In this document: positions 9,543-22,172 of the stretch, piece by piece
Position numbering within the stretch: the stretch's first letter is position 1
How the letters are laid out: the number at the start of each line of letters is the position of its first letter
Assembly (NCBI GenBank): GCA_044222475.1
Contig: JBGANF010000011.1
Coordinates: 32,001-96,000, forward strand
Source: Polyangiaceae bacterium
Lineage (GTDB): Bacteria > Myxococcota_A > Polyangia > Polyangiales > Polyangiaceae
Reading direction: 5' to 3'
DNA: 64,000 nt
Made by a program: the position numbers and the translations under genes
The notes under the pieces: model-generated
Databases searched by the model: none
The model's input: only the letters and a program-made list of their open reading frames with translations
Told to the model about the DNA's origin: nothing

Positions 9543-10410
9543 AAAACAGGCTAGAACAGCGTTCGTTGCGTGGGGGCTCGTTGCCTCCGTGTCGGTCGTC
9601 ACGCTCTCCACGCTCGCCGCGCGCGACGCCAACGCCGACGCGCCGAAGCCGAAAGGTGGCGCAGCTGCCCCGGCCGCTCCGGCAGCGACGGTCTCGAAGA
9701 CCGCAGCCGCCGATCTTCGCTCCGGTGATCCGGCGAAGGTCCAAGCCGCGCTCGACGACGTTCGCATCGCCGGGAAGGCCGGCGCGTCCGTCGCGCCCGT
9801 CATCGCCGAGGTCCTCGCGAAGGGCCTCACGGCGCCGCTCACGATCGCCGCGATCGACACGCTCTCCGATCTCGAGGTCGAGAGCACGAGCGCGGTCATC
9901 GGCACCTACCTCGAGCACCGGAACGTCAAGATTCGGCAGGCCGCGGTGAAGGCGCTGACGCACACGAAGGGTGCAGCCGCCGTGCGCGGTCTCCGCCGAG
10001 CCCTGTCCGACCAGGACCCGATGGTGCGTGGCGTCGCCGCGAGCGGGCTCGGAAGCCTCAAGGCCAAGGAGGCGCTCCCCGATCTCCTCATCGCGCTCGA
10101 TCACCGCGTGAACGAGGCCGCGAGCTCGATCGGTGCGCTCTGCGCGCCGAACGAGTGCGATCAGCTCGCCGGCAAGCTCGGGCGCCTCCCCTTCGACGTG
10201 ATGGCGGCCGGCCTCGAGCAGGTGCTCTTCCGCAACACCGCGGAGATCAACGACGACGTGAAGATCAAGATGATCGGCAAGCTGCGCGAGCTCGGCACGC
10301 CGGAGGCCAACAAATTCCTGCGTGACGTCTCCAAGAAGCTCACGACTGCCTCGCCGAGGATCAAGCAATCCCTCGAGCAAGCGATCGCCGCGACGGGAGG
10401 TGGATCGTGA
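9538..10410 (+). CDS. Exported HEAT-repeat protein
   Basis: Signal-peptide-like N-terminus; HEAT repeats IRQAAVKAL and LSDQDPMVRGVAASGLG. Alternative in-frame ATG at 9490. Confidence 0.8.
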   Translation: MRKQARTAFVAWGLVASVSVVTLSTLAARDANADAPKPKGGAAAPAAPAATVSKTAAADLRSGDPAKVQAALDDVRIAGKAGASVAPVIAEVLAKGLTAPLTIAAIDTLSDLEVESTSAVIGTYLEHRNVKIRQAAVKALTHTKGAAAVRGLRRALSDQDPMVRGVAASGLGSLKAKEALPDLLIALDHRVNEAASSIGALCAPNECDQLAGKLGRLPFDVMAAGLEQVLFRNTAEINDDVKIKMIGKLRELGTPEANKFLRDVSKKLTTASPRIKQSLEQAIAATGGGS

Positions 10411-12227
10411 AGCGCCTCATCGGACTCTCCGTGCTCGGACTCGCGACTGCCTTCTCCGCGTGCGGCGGAGGTCAGACGCACCCCAACCTCTTCGCGACCG
10501 ACTGGGAAGACGACGGCGGCAAAGAGGTCGCCGCCCTCCGCGCGAAGCTCGCGGCAGCGAAGCCGCCGGCGAACGCGGACGTCGCGGTCGCCGTGGGCGG
10601 CAACAACGACAAGGTCCTCGGTGTCCCGCTCGCGGGCGGAAAGTGGACCTTCGCCCACGCGATCGACGTGCGCCCCACCGTCGCCGGAAGCGTGGTCGTC
10701 GGAGAGGGTGGCGGCGAGCTCTTCGCGCTCGACGCGGCCACCGGCAAGAAGCTCTGGAGCCGCAGCGTCGGCGCGATGGCGATGCGCGGCGCAGGAGACG
10801 ACGGCAAGGTCACCGTGATCTCGCTCAGCCAATCGTCGGGGCAGGGTTCGATGCTGCTCGCCGTCGATCGCGACGGAAGCGTCGCCCGCCAGATCGAAAC
10901 CGACAAGGTCATCGGCGTGCCGGCCGTGCTGGCGGGCCACGTCTTCGTCCCGTGGAGCAGCCAGTACATCTCGGTGATCGATCTCGCCAGCGGCGACGAA
11001 GCGGCGCGCATCCTATTCCGCGGCAAGGTGAGCCACGCGTTCGCGAGCGGCGGTGAGCTCTACTTCGGCGAGGCGGACACGTTCCGCTTCGACGACAAGA
11101 TCGGCCAAGCCTCGAAGAACGGCGCGACCAAGCTGAGCGTGCCTCAGCGCGAGCTGCCCGGAACGCCGATGCTCCGCACCCCCGGAGAAGACAAAGTCGG
11201 CCCGGTCGCTCTCGCGATCGACAAGACGAAGCTCTACGCCCGGCCCGGGGCGACTGGCTGGGAGGGCGGTCGGTTCTACGGCACGTACTTCCGCATCGTG
11301 ATGGGCTTCGACTCCGACAAGGGTGCGCTCTCGTGGGTGTGGAACACCGTCGACGATCTGGTCGGCGGTGGCGTCGGTCCCGACGCGTTCTTCGCGTGCG
11401 ACGAGGCGGGCAAGATCACGATGCTCAACGCCCAGAACGGCGGCATCGCGGGACAGCTCGACTTCGGCGAGCCGATCAAGAGCTGCGTCGTCTCCGCCGA
11501 CGGATTCCACGCGCCCGCGCCGCAGACCGTGCCTTCGCTCGCGACCCAGATCTCGGCGGCGATCCTCAACCGCGACGCCGAGATGACGTCGGGGCAACGG
11601 CTGCTCCTGCGTGAGATGGCGACGCTCGAAGACGAGATCGCGACGAGCACCCTCGTCGAGCTCGCCTCCGACCAACGAACGGCACCGCCGCTCGTCGCCG
11701 ACGCGCGCGCAGCGCTCGCCGGGCGCCGCAACGGAGCGAAGTACATGCTCACTGCGCTCGCACGGCACTACGACTTCCTCAAGGACGTCCTCGTGACTCC
11801 GCCTGTCGGCCCCATGGCGCAAGCGCTCGGAGCGATGAAGGAGAAGGGCGCCGCGCCGTTGCTCGCTGCGCACCTCCTCGACCCCGCCGACTCGGAGGAC
11901 GACCTCAAGCAGATCGCGGCGGCGCTCGTCGAGCTCGGCGGACCGAGCGAGCTCCCCGCTCTCAAGGAGTTCTTCGGGCTCTATCGGGCATCCCACGAGG
12001 GCGACGTCGTCGCGGGAGCGGTCGTCAACGCCGCTCAGGCCATCGTCAAGATCGGCGGCGCGGACGGACGCAAGTTCATCGACGCGGGGTTGGCCGATCC
12101 GATGACGCCCGACGGCGTCAAGGCGCGCGTCCGCGCGATCCTCGATGCGATGGACGCGCAGGCCAAGTCGGCTGCACCCGATCCGAAGAAGCCCGATCCG
12201 AAGAAGCCCGATCCGAAGAAGCCGTGA
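10407..12227 (+). CDS. Lipoprotein with PQQ-like beta-propeller and C-terminal HEAT-like region
   Basis: Lipobox-like FSAC; LFALDAATGKKLW propeller motif; helical C-terminus; GTGA overlap with the upstream gene. Confidence 0.8.
   Translation: MKRLIGLSVLGLATAFSACGGGQTHPNLFATDWEDDGGKEVAALRAKLAAAKPPANADVAVAVGGNNDKVLGVPLAGGKWTFAHAIDVRPTVAGSVVVGEGGGELFALDAATGKKLWSRSVGAMAMRGAGDDGKVTVISLSQSSGQGSMLLAVDRDGSVARQIETDKVIGVPAVLAGHVFVPWSSQYISVIDLASGDEAARILFRGKVSHAFASGGELYFGEADTFRFDDKIGQASKNGATKLSVPQRELPGTPMLRTPGEDKVGPVALAIDKTKLYARPGATGWEGGRFYGTYFRIVMGFDSDKGALSWVWNTVDDLVGGGVGPDAFFACDEAGKITMLNAQNGGIAGQLDFGEPIKSCVVSADGFHAPAPQTVPSLATQISAAILNRDAEMTSGQRLLLREMATLEDEIATSTLVELASDQRTAPPLVADARAALAGRRNGAKYMLTALARHYDFLKDVLVTPPVGPMAQALGAMKEKGAAPLLAAHLLDPADSEDDLKQIAAALVELGGPSELPALKEFFGLYRASHEGDVVAGAVVNAAQAIVKIGGADGRKFIDAGLADPMTPDGVKARVRAILDAMDAQAKSAAPDPKKPDPKKPDPKKP
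12177..12221 (+). repeat. 15-bp perfect tandem repeat x3 encoding PDPKK
   Basis: (CCCGATCCGAAGAAG)x3. Confidence 0.9.
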
Positions 12228-12240
12228 TCGCCGACGCGCG

Positions 12241-12897
12241 TCATCGTGGGTCTTCGGACCAGCGGTCGCCGTCGACGACGCCCAGCTCTTCGTAGCGAGC
12301 CCACAGGCAGCACTCGCTGCCGGCGGGGAACTCGCGGCACGCGTTCGGTCGGGCGTCGTAGATCGCGCACGCGTTGTCCTTGCCGAGCTGCTTGCAGTCT
12401 CCGCCTTTCGCGACGCGAAGGACGACCCGACCGTCGCGATTGCGGCGCGCGAACGGCGCCTTCGTGAGGTGCGAGAGGCCGGCGGCGGCGAGGCGCGGCG
12501 CGTCCTCGGGCTCGAGGATGACCTCGTTGTTGCGGCAACAGGCACCGCACGCGAGGCAGTCGAGGCGCAGCTTGCGCGTCGGTCCGGGGTGAACGGCGTC
12601 GCGAAGCGCGCGGTTGCGCACGATGTCGTGGAGCGCCGGCGGTACGCGTCGCGTCGCCAGGCCGCGCATCGCCCCCGTCTTCGGCTCGGTCCATCGATGA
12701 AGGTCGAGATCCATCATCGACCAGCGCGCGAGGTCGGTCACACACGAGCGATCCGGCTTCGGGAGAACGAGGAGCGCGCTGCGCGGCGTGCTCCAGACGA
12801 CGGCGTGGCCTCCCGCGCGCGCCCACGCGATCGCGTTCTCGAGGAAACGGCGTTTGAACGAACGAACGACGGGGCGTTCGACCACGATCGACGACAT
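12241..12897 (-). CDS. YkgJ-family cysteine-cluster (Zn/Fe-chelating) protein
   Basis: CLACGACC ... C ... CAIYDARPNACREFP. Confidence 0.85.
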   Translation of the reverse strand: MSSIVVERPVVRSFKRRFLENAIAWARAGGHAVVWSTPRSALLVLPKPDRSCVTDLARWSMMDLDLHRWTEPKTGAMRGLATRRVPPALHDIVRNRALRDAVHPGPTRKLRLDCLACGACCRNNEVILEPEDAPRLAAAGLSHLTKAPFARRNRDGRVVLRVAKGGDCKQLGKDNACAIYDARPNACREFPAGSECCLWARYEELGVVDGDRWSEDPR

Positions 12898-12957
12898 GAG
12901 AGCGCCGGTCGATAGCACCTGGCGCCGTGGCGGCGTGTGACTTTTCGGATCGCTAGC

Positions 12958-13287
12958 TCAAGGATCGACGTTGCCGCCGTCTTGCGGGACGGGGCAGGTC
13001 TGATCCGAGCTCACGTAGCAGAGCGAGGTCGCGATGTCGCAGCAGTAGATGCCGCTCTGCGGAGGCGCGCAGCTGTTCTGGCAGTCGCTGTCGATCGTGC
13101 AGCTAGGCACGCAGACTTGACCGCCCGAATCCTTCGCGTCTTTGGCAGCGTCCTTCGCTCCGTCCTTCCCACCGTCGACGGCGGGGGTCCCAGAGTCGAT
13201 ATCGTCGGCAGCGGAGGTCGCGCAGGCGCCGAGCGCCAGCGGAGCGAGCATGCAGAATACAAAGGGAAGTCTCACGGCCACCTCCAC
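12958..13287 (-). CDS. Small Cys-rich lipoprotein
   Basis: Lipobox LALGAC, acidic linker, 8-Cys C-terminal module. Exact start uncertain. Confidence 0.7.
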   Translation of the reverse strand: MEVAVRLPFVFCMLAPLALGACATSAADDIDSGTPAVDGGKDGAKDAAKDAKDSGGQVCVPSCTIDSDCQNSCAPPQSGIYCCDIATSLCYVSSDQTCPVPQDGGNVDP

Positions 13288-13465
13288 GGGTACAGCAACC
13301 TACCGCGTGAATGGCTGTCCGACAACCTCGGACTGACGTTTCGGTGAGCTTTTCGTAACGTCGTTCCGCGCTCCCACCCAGGGTTGGCGTCCGTCCGCTG
13401 GAAGTGCACGTTTACAATCTGCGCCCGGCGGGGGCGCGAGCGGCTAGGATGCGGCGCCAATCGGC

Positions 13466-14581
13466 ATGCGCATTCTGACGCCCAAAGATTCGGGCCGAAT
13501 CCAGCTTCGGGAGCGTGGTGACCGGGGCGCGTTGCTCGCGATTCGACCCGACTCCGCTGACGCAACGCAGCGTCAGTGGTTCCACTTCGTGGTTCGGGAC
13601 TGCGCCGGAGTCCCCCTGGAGCTCGAGATTGCCAACGCCGGCCGGTGCACCTACCCCGATGCCTGGAACGGGTACCGCGCCTGCGCTTCGTACGACGGGG
13701 AGGACTGGTTTCGCGTCGACACCGAGTTCGACGGCGAATCCCTGACCATCCGCCATCGGCCCCAGCGCGACGCCGTCATCTACGCGTACTTCGCCCCGTA
13801 TCCGCGTCTGCGCCGGCACGCGCTGTTGACGCAGGCGATCGCGACCGGCCGCGCGATCGCCGCGCGGGTCGGCGAGAGCGTCAACGGCGAGCCCATCCAC
13901 GTGATGCGGTTCGGGAAGGGGCCGACGTCGCTCTGGATCGTCGGGCACCAGCACCCCGGCGAGACGATGGGTGCGTGGTTCATGGAAGGCATGGCGCTTC
14001 GGCTCATGGATGACGAGGACGTGCTGGGCAACGATCTCATCGAGCGCGCGAGCGTCTACCTCGTGCTGTCGATGAACCCCGACGGGCACTGGCTGGGCAA
14101 CCATCGAACGAACGCCGCCGGGGTCGATCTCAACCGCGCGTGGCACGACCCCTCGGCGAAGACGAGCCCCGAGGTGTTCGCCGTGAGAGAGGCGATGCTC
14201 GCGCGCGGGGTCGATTTCTTCCTCGACGTCCACGGAGACGAGCAGCTCCCGTGGGTCTTCACCGCCGGAGCCGAGGGCAACCCGCACTACTCGGATCGCA
14301 TCGAGGCGCTCGAGCACGAGTTCGACGAGGCCATGTGCGATCTGAGCGAGCCCTACCAGAGCGAGAACGGATATCCGAAGGACGCACCGGGCGACGGCGA
14401 TCTGCGGTGTGCGGCGAACTGGGTCGGCGAGCAGTTCGACTGCCTGTCGCTCACCCTGGAGATGCCGTTCAAGGACGCGGAGAACGCGCCGGAGGAAAAC
14501 GGCTGGACGCCGGATCGTTCGAAGGGCCTGGCCGCGTCGACGATCGAGGCGGTGCACTCGATGTTGGACCGGTTGCGGTAG
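13466..14581 (+). CDS. M14 zinc carboxypeptidase (cytosolic carboxypeptidase-like)
   Basis: QWFHF, AYFAPY, QHPGE, MNPDG...GNHRTNAAGVDLNR, LDVHGDE, LTLEMPFKD. Confidence 0.92.
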   Translation: MRILTPKDSGRIQLRERGDRGALLAIRPDSADATQRQWFHFVVRDCAGVPLELEIANAGRCTYPDAWNGYRACASYDGEDWFRVDTEFDGESLTIRHRPQRDAVIYAYFAPYPRLRRHALLTQAIATGRAIAARVGESVNGEPIHVMRFGKGPTSLWIVGHQHPGETMGAWFMEGMALRLMDDEDVLGNDLIERASVYLVLSMNPDGHWLGNHRTNAAGVDLNRAWHDPSAKTSPEVFAVREAMLARGVDFFLDVHGDEQLPWVFTAGAEGNPHYSDRIEALEHEFDEAMCDLSEPYQSENGYPKDAPGDGDLRCAANWVGEQFDCLSLTLEMPFKDAENAPEENGWTPDRSKGLAASTIEAVHSMLDRLR

Positions 14582-14588
14582 AGACCGT

Positions 14589-15752
14589 CTACCAGGCGCT
14601 CACTCCCGAGATTGCCGTGTCCGGCCCGTTGCCCGACGAGAGGCAGCACTGCACGCCAGTGCCCGCCGCGAGGACGAACTTGATCGTCGAGCACGTACGC
14701 GGGGTGAACGTCGTGCTGCACCCGTTCGTCATCGGGTCGCCACCACACGCGAGGCCGGTCGAGTTGATCGTGCCGACCTTCGTCGCGTCGCAGTAGACGT
14801 CCCACGTCCCGTGGCAGATCGACGTGCTCGACGCATACGTGTTGATGCCGACGTGACCGACGCACGCCGTCGTTCCGCTGCACACCATCTCTTGGTTGAG
14901 AGCCTGGAACGCCTGGATGTTGGCCGAGCTCCAGAGGTAGCTGCCGGTCGCGCACGGGCTCGTCGGGAAGCATCCCGTCGCGGTCTTCGATTGCAGGGTG
15001 TTGAACGGCTGGCGCGTGCCAGTCGGGTTGCATCCCGCGGTGCAGACTCCAGCCGAGCAGAACGGGGTGTTGCCTCCGCAGGCATTGCCGCATGCACCGC
15101 AGTTCTGCGCGTTGGAGAGGACGTCGGTGCAGATCCCGTTGCACGCGAGCTGACCGACGCCGCAGCACTTGCCGCCGTTGCACCACTCTTGCGCGGCGCA
15201 TGCCGTGTTGCAGTTGCCGCAGTGATCGTGGAAGTTCTGCGTGTCGTAGCAGACGCCGTCGCTGCAGGCGGTGAAGCCGTTCGTGCAGGCTGTGCCGCAC
15301 TGGCTGTTGGTGCAGCTCGGCGAGCCCACGTTCCACCCGGTCCCGCTGTCGTAGTTGATCCCGGGGTGTGCCGGGTTGTTCGAGCCCGGCTGGAGCGAGC
15401 CAGCGTCCGCGCTGGCGCAGACCGTCGGGCACTGGCCGCAGTGGTTCGGATCGGTCGCGAGGGTCGCACACGTCACGCCGCCGTCGCTTGCGGTGCACTT
15501 CGTCGTGGGTGACTCGCACGAGCTCTTGCACGCTCCGTTGGAGCACACTTCGCCGGTCTTGCAGGCGTTGGTGCACGACCCGCAGTGTTGAGGGTCGGTC
15601 TTCAAGTCGAACTGGGGGCACGCGGAGCCGTCGCCGGTCGACGCGTCCGTTCCCGTCCCACTGTCTACGTCGTTGAAGATCGTGCCCTGCGCGCACGCGC
15701 CGACCACGCCGAGCGCGCCCGTCATCCCGAGGACCCACCAAATCCGCCGCAT
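14589..15752 (-). CDS. Cys-rich repeat lipoprotein (DPxHCGxC repeats)
   Basis: Lipobox VGAC; four repeats DPQHCGSC, DPNHCGQC, FHDHCGNC, NAQNCGAC. Confidence 0.8.
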   Translation of the reverse strand: MRRIWWVLGMTGALGVVGACAQGTIFNDVDSGTGTDASTGDGSACPQFDLKTDPQHCGSCTNACKTGEVCSNGACKSSCESPTTKCTASDGGVTCATLATDPNHCGQCPTVCASADAGSLQPGSNNPAHPGINYDSGTGWNVGSPSCTNSQCGTACTNGFTACSDGVCYDTQNFHDHCGNCNTACAAQEWCNGGKCCGVGQLACNGICTDVLSNAQNCGACGNACGGNTPFCSAGVCTAGCNPTGTRQPFNTLQSKTATGCFPTSPCATGSYLWSSANIQAFQALNQEMVCSGTTACVGHVGINTYASSTSICHGTWDVYCDATKVGTINSTGLACGGDPMTNGCSTTFTPRTCSTIKFVLAAGTGVQCCLSSGNGPDTAISGVSAW

Positions 15753-15853
15753 TCTCCGACGATCGCAGCAGACGTCCTCGGGTGCAAGGCTGCCTGGTCG
15801 GGGAGCGACGAGGGTACTCTCCTCCAAGCCTTTTTCGCGATCGGGAGGATGAC

Positions 15854-16471
15854 ATGCGACACGTCGTGCTCGTGGGGACGCTCGGACTCTTTCTGGCGGC
15901 GTGCGGCGGCGATGAAACGGTCGCGATCACTCCAACCGATGGTGGAAGCGACACGACGACGGGGAACGACGGGAGCGGAAACCCCGACGGAAGCGTGAAC
16001 CCCGACGCCACCGTGAACCCCGACGGGAGCGGAAACCCCGACGGAAGCGGAAACCCCGACGGGAGCGGAAACCCCGACGGCGGCGCGGTCGCGGTCAAGT
16101 GTGGCCAGACGCTCACGTGCCAAGGACCCGCATCCAAGTGCTGCGTCGACATGAACAACCAACCGCTCTACAAATGCTCGGGCGGAGACGCCGGCGCCTG
16201 CGCGCAAGGCGCGGTGACCCTCTCCTGTGCGAGCGCAGCGGACTGCCCGCAGAACCAAGTCTGCTGCGAGGACGCGACGAACACGAACGCGCCGACGGCG
16301 AGCTGCCAGACGACGTGCACCGGGCCCAACCACGCGGTCCTGTGCGATCCGAACGGCACCGCGCAGGCGAACCGTTGCGGCGACGCGGGCGCGTGCGGCA
16401 ACAACAACGCCGACAACTGGGGGCTGTCGAAGCAGTTCGGGACGTGCGGCGACATCCCGGGCCCGCTCTAG
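15854..16471 (+). CDS. Cys-rich lipoprotein with (GSGNPD)-type linker repeats
   Basis: SD GGGAGG, lipobox LAAC, 18-bp tandem repeats at about 15968-16080, Cys-rich C-terminus. Confidence 0.8.
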   Translation: MRHVVLVGTLGLFLAACGGDETVAITPTDGGSDTTTGNDGSGNPDGSVNPDATVNPDGSGNPDGSGNPDGSGNPDGGAVAVKCGQTLTCQGPASKCCVDMNNQPLYKCSGGDAGACAQGAVTLSCASAADCPQNQVCCEDATNTNAPTASCQTTCTGPNHAVLCDPNGTAQANRCGDAGACGNNNADNWGLSKQFGTCGDIPGPL

Positions 16472-16478
16472 CTGCGAG

Positions 16479-20257
<3,779 letters not shown>

Positions 20258-20272
20258 GGTACCCATCCGACC

Positions 20273-21442
20273 ATGATCGATCGCCAGAGCGCCGGCATCC
20301 TGCCCGACAAGCCCCACACCGCGTTCCGCGACGCGAGCGGCAAGCTCTTCTTCGAGGAGATGTTCACTCGCGGCGGGTTCGACGGTCCGTTCACGTATTT
20401 CTACCACCGGCACCCGATCACGCCGCAGCGCGAGACGTCGGCGGATCACGGCCGCGGTTGGCCGATGGCCGTCGCGGCCGAAGGCGTGTCGGTTCGTCGC
20501 CGGCTCTACCTCTCCGATCGCATCCCCGCTGGCGGCCAGATGCTGGATCGGCGCACGCCGATCCTGTTCAACGCCGACGTCACCGTGCTCCTCGCGCACG
20601 CGACCGAGAGCGACGACGCGTATCTCGCCAACGGCGACGGTGACGAGCTCCACTACGTGCAGGAGGGCGAGGCGTTGCTCGAGTCGCCGTGCGGGATGCT
20701 CGAGGTGCACGCCGGCGACTACGTCGCGGTGCCTCGCTCGCTCCTCCACCGCTGGCACGTGAAGTCGCCGCTCCGAGCGATGACCTTCGAGCTCACCGGC
20801 GGGATGATGATCCCGCGCGAGTTCCGGAACCCGGTCGGCCAACTCCGGATGGATGCACCCTACACGCATCGCGACTTCCGCAAGCCGGTCGGTCCGATCG
20901 CGACGCCAGACCGCGTGCACGACGGCCCGAAGGTCCTCGTCGTCAAGAAGGGCGGGCGCTTCCAGCGGTTCGAGCTCCAGACGCCGCCCATGGACGTGGT
21001 GGGTTGGGACGGCTTCGTCTACCCGTGGGCGTTCCCGATCGAGAAGTACCAGCCGAAGACCGGTCTCGTGCACCTCCCGCCGACGATTCACTCGACGTTT
21101 GCGTCGCCCGGTTGCCTGATCTGCTCGTTCGTCCCGCGCGTCGTGGACTTCCACCCGCAGGCGATCCCGTGCCCGTATCCGCACTCGAGCGTCGACTGCG
21201 ACGAGATCATCCTCTACCTGCGCGGCAACTTCACGAGCCGGCGCGGCGTCGGGCCGGGGGCGATTTCATTGCATCCTGCAGGTATTGCCCACGGCCCGCA
21301 CCCCGGCGCTTACGAGGCGAGCATCGGCTCGCAGCGGACGGACGAGCTCGCCGTGATGATGGACTGCTTCAAGCAGCTCCACCCCACCGCGCAGGCCGCA
21401 AACCTCGAGGATCCGGGCTACCACGACACGTGGTGGGCCTGA
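20273..21442 (+). CDS. hmgA: Homogentisate 1,2-dioxygenase
   Basis: NGDGDEL, DVVGWDG, HLPPTIH, PYPHSSVDCDE, LHPAGIAHGPHPG, ELAVMMD. Confidence 0.93.
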   Translation: MIDRQSAGILPDKPHTAFRDASGKLFFEEMFTRGGFDGPFTYFYHRHPITPQRETSADHGRGWPMAVAAEGVSVRRRLYLSDRIPAGGQMLDRRTPILFNADVTVLLAHATESDDAYLANGDGDELHYVQEGEALLESPCGMLEVHAGDYVAVPRSLLHRWHVKSPLRAMTFELTGGMMIPREFRNPVGQLRMDAPYTHRDFRKPVGPIATPDRVHDGPKVLVVKKGGRFQRFELQTPPMDVVGWDGFVYPWAFPIEKYQPKTGLVHLPPTIHSTFASPGCLICSFVPRVVDFHPQAIPCPYPHSSVDCDEIILYLRGNFTSRRGVGPGAISLHPAGIAHGPHPGAYEASIGSQRTDELAVMMDCFKQLHPTAQAANLEDPGYHDTWWA

Positions 21443-21446
21443 CCCT

Positions 21447-21495
21447 GGGGAAGGCGGCTCGCGCCGCCTCCCCTCATTCGGCAGAGCCGAATGAG
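21447..21495. terminator. Two adjacent hairpins between convergent genes (possible terminator or REP-like element)
   Basis: GGGGAAGGCGGC-TCGC-GCCGCCTCCCC and CTCATTCGGC-AGA-GCCGAATGAG. No poly-U tract. Confidence 0.5.
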
Positions 21496-21555
21496 CCTCC
21501 CCACCACGCGGTCCCTCCGCTGCGCGTCGGGATTCGCATCGAGGGTGTACTCCCC

Positions 21556-22110
21556 TCAAGACTTCGGGAACGGTTCCCGCCGCGCGCCCTTCGGGTTCGA
21601 CTCGTCGGTGTCGTAGGCGAACTCTTGGCCGGCGGTCGACCCGACGAACGGGCCACCGATCTCTTCGACGTTGTCGGCGTCGCGGAGCTCGTTGCCTTCG
21701 TCTTCGCCGCTCGTCACCGTCTCGACGAACTCCTTGCCGAGCTCGTCGGCGAGCGGGTCGTCCTTGCTGCGTCCGCGGAGGAACGCGCTGGCGTCTTCTT
21801 TTCTCGAGAACGAGTGGCTCTTCTCGAGGAGCTCGGCGGCGTACTTCGCGTCGATGTGTCCCGAGCCATCACGGCGTGAGACCGGCGCGGCCTTCGCGGC
21901 CTTCTTCTTCGTCTTTTTCGGAGCGGCCTTCTTCGCAGCAGCCTTCTTCGGAGCGGCCTTCCTTTTCGGAGCGGCCTTCTTCGGAGCGGCCTTCTTCGGA
22001 GCGGCCTTCCTTTTCGGAGCGGCCTTCCTTTTCGGAGCGGCCTTCTTCGGAGCAGCCTTCTTCTTCTTCTTCGGAGCAGCCTTCTTCGGAGCAGCCTTCT
22101 TCTTCGCCAT
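21556..22110 (-). CDS. Histone H1-like protein (AAPKK repeats) with acidic C-terminal domain
   Basis: MAKKKAAPKKAAPKK... about 11 repeats encoded by 15/18-bp tandem DNA; acidic C-terminal half. Confidence 0.8.
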   Translation of the reverse strand: MAKKKAAPKKAAPKKKKKAAPKKAAPKRKAAPKRKAAPKKAAPKKAAPKRKAAPKKAAAKKAAPKKTKKKAAKAAPVSRRDGSGHIDAKYAAELLEKSHSFSRKEDASAFLRGRSKDDPLADELGKEFVETVTSGEDEGNELRDADNVEEIGGPFVGSTAGQEFAYDTDESNPKGARREPFPKS

Positions 22111-22172
22111 GGCCCGAAGCTTATTCCGCGGTGGCGGCGGTGGATAGAGTCGAAACGCGGTAGAGTGAGCGC

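Noticed and set aside
21890..22105. Regular short repeats resembling a CRISPR array
   Set aside because: They are contiguous in-frame coding repeats with no unique spacers, and no cas genes are present. The same applies to the repeats near 15968-16080 and 12177-12221.
21671..22147. Phe/Ala-rich 158-aa ORF resembling a membrane protein
   Set aside because: It is the reverse complement of the Lys-Ala-Pro repeats.
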